The notes under the pieces: model-generated
What the model was told of the DNA's origin: nothing
What the model saw: the letters and a program-made list of their open reading frames with translations, nothing else
Databases searched by the model: none
Assembly: GCA_030527545.1 (NCBI GenBank)
Contig: JAUNAP010000009.1
Span: 7,185 to 71,184 of the forward strand
Reading direction: 5' to 3'
Source: Actinomycetaceae bacterium
GTDB taxonomy: Bacteria; Actinomycetota; Actinomycetes; Actinomycetales; Actinomycetaceae
DNA: 64,000 nucleotides
Made by a program: the position numbers and the translations under genes
Shown here: positions 60,172 through 64,000 of the stretch, one piece after another
Numbering within the stretch: the first letter of the stretch is position 1
Layout: every line of letters starts with the position of its first letter

Positions 60172-60576
60172 GTGGAGTCAATGCTCATCATGTTCGTCGT
60201 CTTGGCGGCCGTCATGTTTGTGACGTCGCGGGCGACCCGTAAGCGTCAGATGGCCCAGAAACAGCAGACTGAAGAGCGTCTCGTTCCCGGGGCATGGGTG
60301 ATGACGAGCTCGGGATTCTACGGTCGTTTTGTCGAGCGCGATGGTGACGTTGTTGTGTTGGAGACGAACGACGGCACCGAGACGTTTTGGACCCACCTCG
60401 CCGTGCGTGAGGTTGTCGATGCCCCGCCGTTCGCCGTCGAACAGCCGGCACCTGCCGAGGAGGCGACCGATACGACGGTCGAGGAGGCACGTACCGAAGC
60501 TGCACAGATGAAATCTGACGTCGCGACCGGTGATGACGCTCCGGCCGAAGACGGTCCCCACACGCAGCACTCGTAA
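60172..60576 (+). CDS. yajC: Preprotein translocase subunit YajC
   Basis: A small single-TM protein upstream of secDF, with a GTG start after a GAGGAG RBS. Confidence 0.8.
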   Translation: MESMLIMFVVLAAVMFVTSRATRKRQMAQKQQTEERLVPGAWVMTSSGFYGRFVERDGDVVVLETNDGTETFWTHLAVREVVDAPPFAVEQPAPAEEATDTTVEEARTEAAQMKSDVATGDDAPAEDGPHTQHS

Positions 60577-60581
60577 GAGCC

Positions 60582-62429
60582 ATGTGCGGCGTGAGCCGCT
60601 CGGCTGAGAAGAAAAGGACTCACGAACCCGTGTCCAGTCGAACTAAGAAAGAACATCCTGGGCGCGCTCTCGTCGCGCTCGTCGTTCTCATTGCCGTCCT
60701 CGCCGGGACGCTCATCTTTGGCGTGGCGACGAAGAAGACTTCGCCGGCACCGGCCCTGGCGCTCGACCTCGAGGGGGGCACCCAGCTCATCCTCTCCCCG
60801 AAGGTCAATACAGAAGCCGGCGGGAAGGGAACGATCAGCGAAGATGACGTCGCGCAGGCGATCGACGTTATTCGTCAGCGTGTTGACGCTTCGGGCGTTG
60901 CTGAGGCAGAAATCACCTCACAGGGCGGCAATAACATCAACGTGTCGCTGCCAGGCAACCCCAGCGAGGAGACCCTCGATCTCGTTCGCCAGTCGGCCGA
61001 GCTGAACTTCCGCTCGGTCCTGGCGATCGGAGCGGCCCCGAGCCAGGCCGCACAGGCCGAGGCACAGGCCAAACAGTCCGATCCGAAGGCTGACGTTTCG
61101 GCCTTCGCCGATCCCAAGGCCTTCGCTGACAGTTTGGCTGACGCGAACCAGGATGGCAGCATCTCCGAGGAGCCGCAGGGCAAAACAGACACTCATTCAG
61201 CCGACGGTTGGCTGAGCGAAGCCGTCTTGCGTGATTTCTACGCTCTTGACTGCACGGACAAGAAGAATCGCGAGGGCGGGGATTCGGGGGATCCGAAGAA
61301 GCCGCTCGTTGCGTGCGATCAATCCGGCCAGGCGAAATACATTCTCTCGCCCGTTGACGTTCGCGGCGCGCAGGTGAGCAATGCGCAGGCGGGGATGGCC
61401 CAAAACGAGCAGGGCCAAACGACGGGCGGTTGGCAGGTCAACCTCGAGTTTGACCGCGCTGGAACAAAGGCGTTTGCCGATGTGACAAAGCGCCTCATGG
61501 AGTACCGCGGCTCGCAGGAGACGAACGCCGTGACCGGCTTGCCGGAATCGATCAAGAACCAGTTCGCGATCGTTCTCGACGGGGTCGTCATCTCGGCGCC
61601 CGGTGTTGAAAGTGTTATCTCTGGCGGCAACGCCCGCATCTCGGGCTCCTTTACCCGTTCCGAGGCGACGACACTGGCCAACAAGCTCCAATTTGGTTCG
61701 CTTCCGCTCAACTTCGAGGTCCAGCAGGAGCAGCAGATATCGGCGACACTGGGTGCCGACCAGTTGCGCTGGGGCCTTATCGCCGGCATCATCGGTTTGG
61801 CCCTCATCGTCGTCTACATGCTGTGGCAATATCGTGGGCTCGCGATTATCTCGGTTGGCTCACTCGCCGTTGCAGCGGGGCTGGCCTATCTCGTCATCGC
61901 GATACTGTCGTGGACGATGGGGTATCGACTCTCCCTGTCGGGTGTTGCCGGCATCATCATCTCGATCGGCACGACGGCCGACTCGTTCATCGTCTACTTC
62001 GAACGCATCCGCGACGAGGTGCGCGAGGGGCGTCCGCTTGCCAGCGCCGTGTCGGAAGGCTGGGTGCGAGCCCGCCGCACGATCGTCACGTCGGATGCGG
62101 TCAATCTGCTCGCGGCTCTCGTTTTGTACTTCCTTGCTGTATCGGGTGTTCAGGGTTTTGCCTTCACGCTCGGCGTTATGACGGTCATCGATCTCGTGGT
62201 CATCTTCTTGTTCACCCACCCGCTCATGGCTCTGCTCATCAAGTTGCCGTTCTTCGGGAAGGGACACAAGTTGTCGGGCCTCGATCCCGAGCACCTTGGT
62301 GCCTCGCGGCGAACCTACATGGGACGAGGTCAAGTCCGCACGCGCTCGGTGAAATCCGCCTATCAGTCTGCGCGCGTGGACGACAATGCCACGAATGACG
62401 CAGGTAACGGAAAGGAGATCAACGCATGA
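60582..62429 (+). CDS. secD: Protein translocase subunit SecD
   Basis: Periplasmic domain plus 6 TM helices. The true start may be the GTG at about 60630. Confidence 0.88.
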   Translation: MCGVSRSAEKKRTHEPVSSRTKKEHPGRALVALVVLIAVLAGTLIFGVATKKTSPAPALALDLEGGTQLILSPKVNTEAGGKGTISEDDVAQAIDVIRQRVDASGVAEAEITSQGGNNINVSLPGNPSEETLDLVRQSAELNFRSVLAIGAAPSQAAQAEAQAKQSDPKADVSAFADPKAFADSLADANQDGSISEEPQGKTDTHSADGWLSEAVLRDFYALDCTDKKNREGGDSGDPKKPLVACDQSGQAKYILSPVDVRGAQVSNAQAGMAQNEQGQTTGGWQVNLEFDRAGTKAFADVTKRLMEYRGSQETNAVTGLPESIKNQFAIVLDGVVISAPGVESVISGGNARISGSFTRSEATTLANKLQFGSLPLNFEVQQEQQISATLGADQLRWGLIAGIIGLALIVVYMLWQYRGLAIISVGSLAVAAGLAYLVIAILSWTMGYRLSLSGVAGIIISIGTTADSFIVYFERIRDEVREGRPLASAVSEGWVRARRTIVTSDAVNLLAALVLYFLAVSGVQGFAFTLGVMTVIDLVVIFLFTHPLMALLIKLPFFGKGHKLSGLDPEHLGASRRTYMGRGQVRTRSVKSAYQSARVDDNATNDAGNGKEINA

Positions 62430-63541
62430 TCTCGTTTGCAACCTGGGGAAACGAGCTCTACTCGGGTAAACGATCCTATGCGATCGTTCCCCACCGTAAG
62501 CGCTGGCTGATGGCCGGTTGCGTGCTCATCGTCCTCTCGATTGTTCTCCTCATCTATCCCGGGCTCCAAAAGTCGATTGAGTTCAAAGGCGGAACGGAGT
62601 TCACGGTCTCGCAGGTGGCCGGTGCCGACCAGGCACCCGCGCGCGAGGTTGTTCGGAGCATGGATCAGCTCAATAATGCGTCGGTGACGTCTTTGGGGCA
62701 GTCGTCCGTACGTGTCCAGGCGGAGACGATGTCGACGAAGGATGCTCGCTCGGTGAGCGCTGCACTCGCGAAGGCCTACAAGGTCGATCCCGGCGACGTG
62801 GCCTCCACCGGCATCGGCCCGTCCTGGGGTAGCGACGTCACTGAGAAGGCGGCTTTGTCGCTTGCCGTGTTCTTTGTCCTCGTAGGGCTCATGCTGGCGG
62901 CCTACTTCAAGACGATTACGATGGCGGCCGCGGCGCTCTTTGCGCTGTGTCACGATGTTTTGTTGACGGCGGCGGTTTTCGCACTGACCCGGGTCGAGGT
63001 CTCCCCGGCGACTGTCATTGGTGTTCTCACCATTCTCGCCTTCTCCCTCTACGACACGGTCGTCGTCTTCGATAAGGTGCGTGAGCTTACGCAAGATTAC
63101 GAGAGCCAATCCCGGTCTACCTATGCCGAACTCGTTAATCTCGCTATCAACCAGACCATGGTTCGTTCGATCAACACCTCGGTCGTGGCCCTCCTGCCCA
63201 TCGGAGCCATTCTGTTCGTCTCCACGATCATCCTCGGCGGCGGAACCTTGCGCGACATCTCGATGGCGCTGTTCGTCGGCACGATCGTCGGTACGTGGTC
63301 GTCGATCTTTATTGCCTCTCCGGCGCTTGTCGTTATGCGTCAGCGCAATAAGAAGATCGCTGCACATACACGCCAGGTTCTCCAGCGCCGCGCCGGGGTG
63401 TCGAATCGCGCCCTCAAGGACGGCACGGCCTCGCAGTCCGACATCACCGACCAGCCCGAGTCTGTGGCACATCCGTTGAGCGCTGGTCACCACAAGGGCC
63501 GGGCCGCACAGCCCACCCGCAAGCCGAGGAGTAAGCGATGA
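62426..63541 (+). CDS. secF: Protein translocase subunit SecF
   Basis: Its N-terminus overlaps the secD stop, and it has 6 TM helices. Confidence 0.88.
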   Translation: MISFATWGNELYSGKRSYAIVPHRKRWLMAGCVLIVLSIVLLIYPGLQKSIEFKGGTEFTVSQVAGADQAPAREVVRSMDQLNNASVTSLGQSSVRVQAETMSTKDARSVSAALAKAYKVDPGDVASTGIGPSWGSDVTEKAALSLAVFFVLVGLMLAAYFKTITMAAAALFALCHDVLLTAAVFALTRVEVSPATVIGVLTILAFSLYDTVVVFDKVRELTQDYESQSRSTYAELVNLAINQTMVRSINTSVVALLPIGAILFVSTIILGGGTLRDISMALFVGTIVGTWSSIFIASPALVVMRQRNKKIAAHTRQVLQRRAGVSNRALKDGTASQSDITDQPESVAHPLSAGHHKGRAAQPTRKPRSKR

Positions 63542-64000
63542 CAGCGCCTCTTCCAAAGAGCCTGGCTCACCTCGTTGAGGAGAACCTACGCGAAGTACCT
63601 GATTTTCCCGAAGCGGGCGTCCTCTTTCGCGACATGACACCGATGCTCGCAAATGGGCCCGCCTTCAAAGAGTTCATCGACACGCTTGCCGATCACTACC
63701 GCGGCCATATTGATGCCGTTGCGGGTCTGGAATCGCGTGGATTCCCGTTGGCGGCTCCGCTGGCGGTGGCTCTCGAGATCCCCATGATCATGATCCGCAA
63801 AGCCGGCAAGCTTCCCGGTCCAGTTTTGCGTGAGGACTACACGCTTGAGTACGCGACCGCATCGATGGAGCTTCAGCCGTTTACCGTTGAGGATGGCCAG
63901 CGGATTCTCGTCATCGACGACGTGCTTGCGACGGGCGGCACCGCCAACGCCTCGGTTCGTCTCATCGAACGTGCCGGCGGGCAGGTCGAGGAGATCTTGT
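63538..64000 (+). CDS. apt: Adenine phosphoribosyltransferase, C-terminus beyond the window end
   Basis: PRPP-binding motif VLVIDDVLATGGT and an ATGA overlap with secF. It is absent from the ORF track because it is truncated. Confidence 0.85.
   Translation, partial: MTAPLPKSLAHLVEENLREVPDFPEAGVLFRDMTPMLANGPAFKEFIDTLADHYRGHIDAVAGLESRGFPLAAPLAVALEIPMIMIRKAGKLPGPVLREDYTLEYATASMELQPFTVEDGQRILVIDDVLATGGTANASVRLIERAGGQVEEIL

Noticed and set aside
62363-63652. 429-aa minus ORF
   Set aside because: It is antisense to secF
1-64000. CRISPR arrays, rRNA genes and IS elements
   Set aside because: No spacer-repeat periodicity, no rRNA-like conserved stretches and no transposase-like ORFs were seen. The only mobile-element signature is the integrase-bearing island

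Overview
This is a high-GC (~68%) actinobacterial chromosomal segment, probably from an Actinomycetaceae-like organism, made up mostly of conserved housekeeping neighbourhoods. The recognisable genes are:
- a type IIA topoisomerase A subunit, truncated at the window start;
- the sepH / DUF4193 / DUF3710 / DUF3159 cell-division cluster, followed by trkA x2, an APC permease and an RlmD-like methyltransferase;
- aconitase and sdaC-sdaA;
- dxs, rnd and DUF3000;
- treZ-treY-glgX;
- two copies of a Gly/Val tRNA cluster flanking an MFS transporter gene, plus a tRNA-Val(CAC) on the opposite strand;
- a GH3 beta-glucosidase;
- pepC, then a long thrS-HIT-pgsA-acyltransferase-pimA-...-NUDIX operon;
- yebC, ruvCAB, yajC-secDF and a truncated apt at the window end.

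An ~8.3 kb lower-GC (~52-57%) integrated element at about 37.66-45.98 kb interrupts this backbone. It appears to split a host gene, possibly an AraC-family regulator. The element carries a tyrosine integrase, a GCRGTGACAG iteron-like repeat array, an orphan parA, and a compact candidate peptide-maturation cluster. That cluster has a 38-aa candidate precursor ORF, an RRE-fused SagB-type dehydrogenase, a second SagB-like nitroreductase-fold protein, a MATE/MOP exporter and an HExxH zinc-peptidase-like protein, but no YcaO or E1-like cyclodehydratase. A frameshifted secreted-protein gene follows it.

The SagB-pair cluster is the most likely candidate for an undescribed system in this window.
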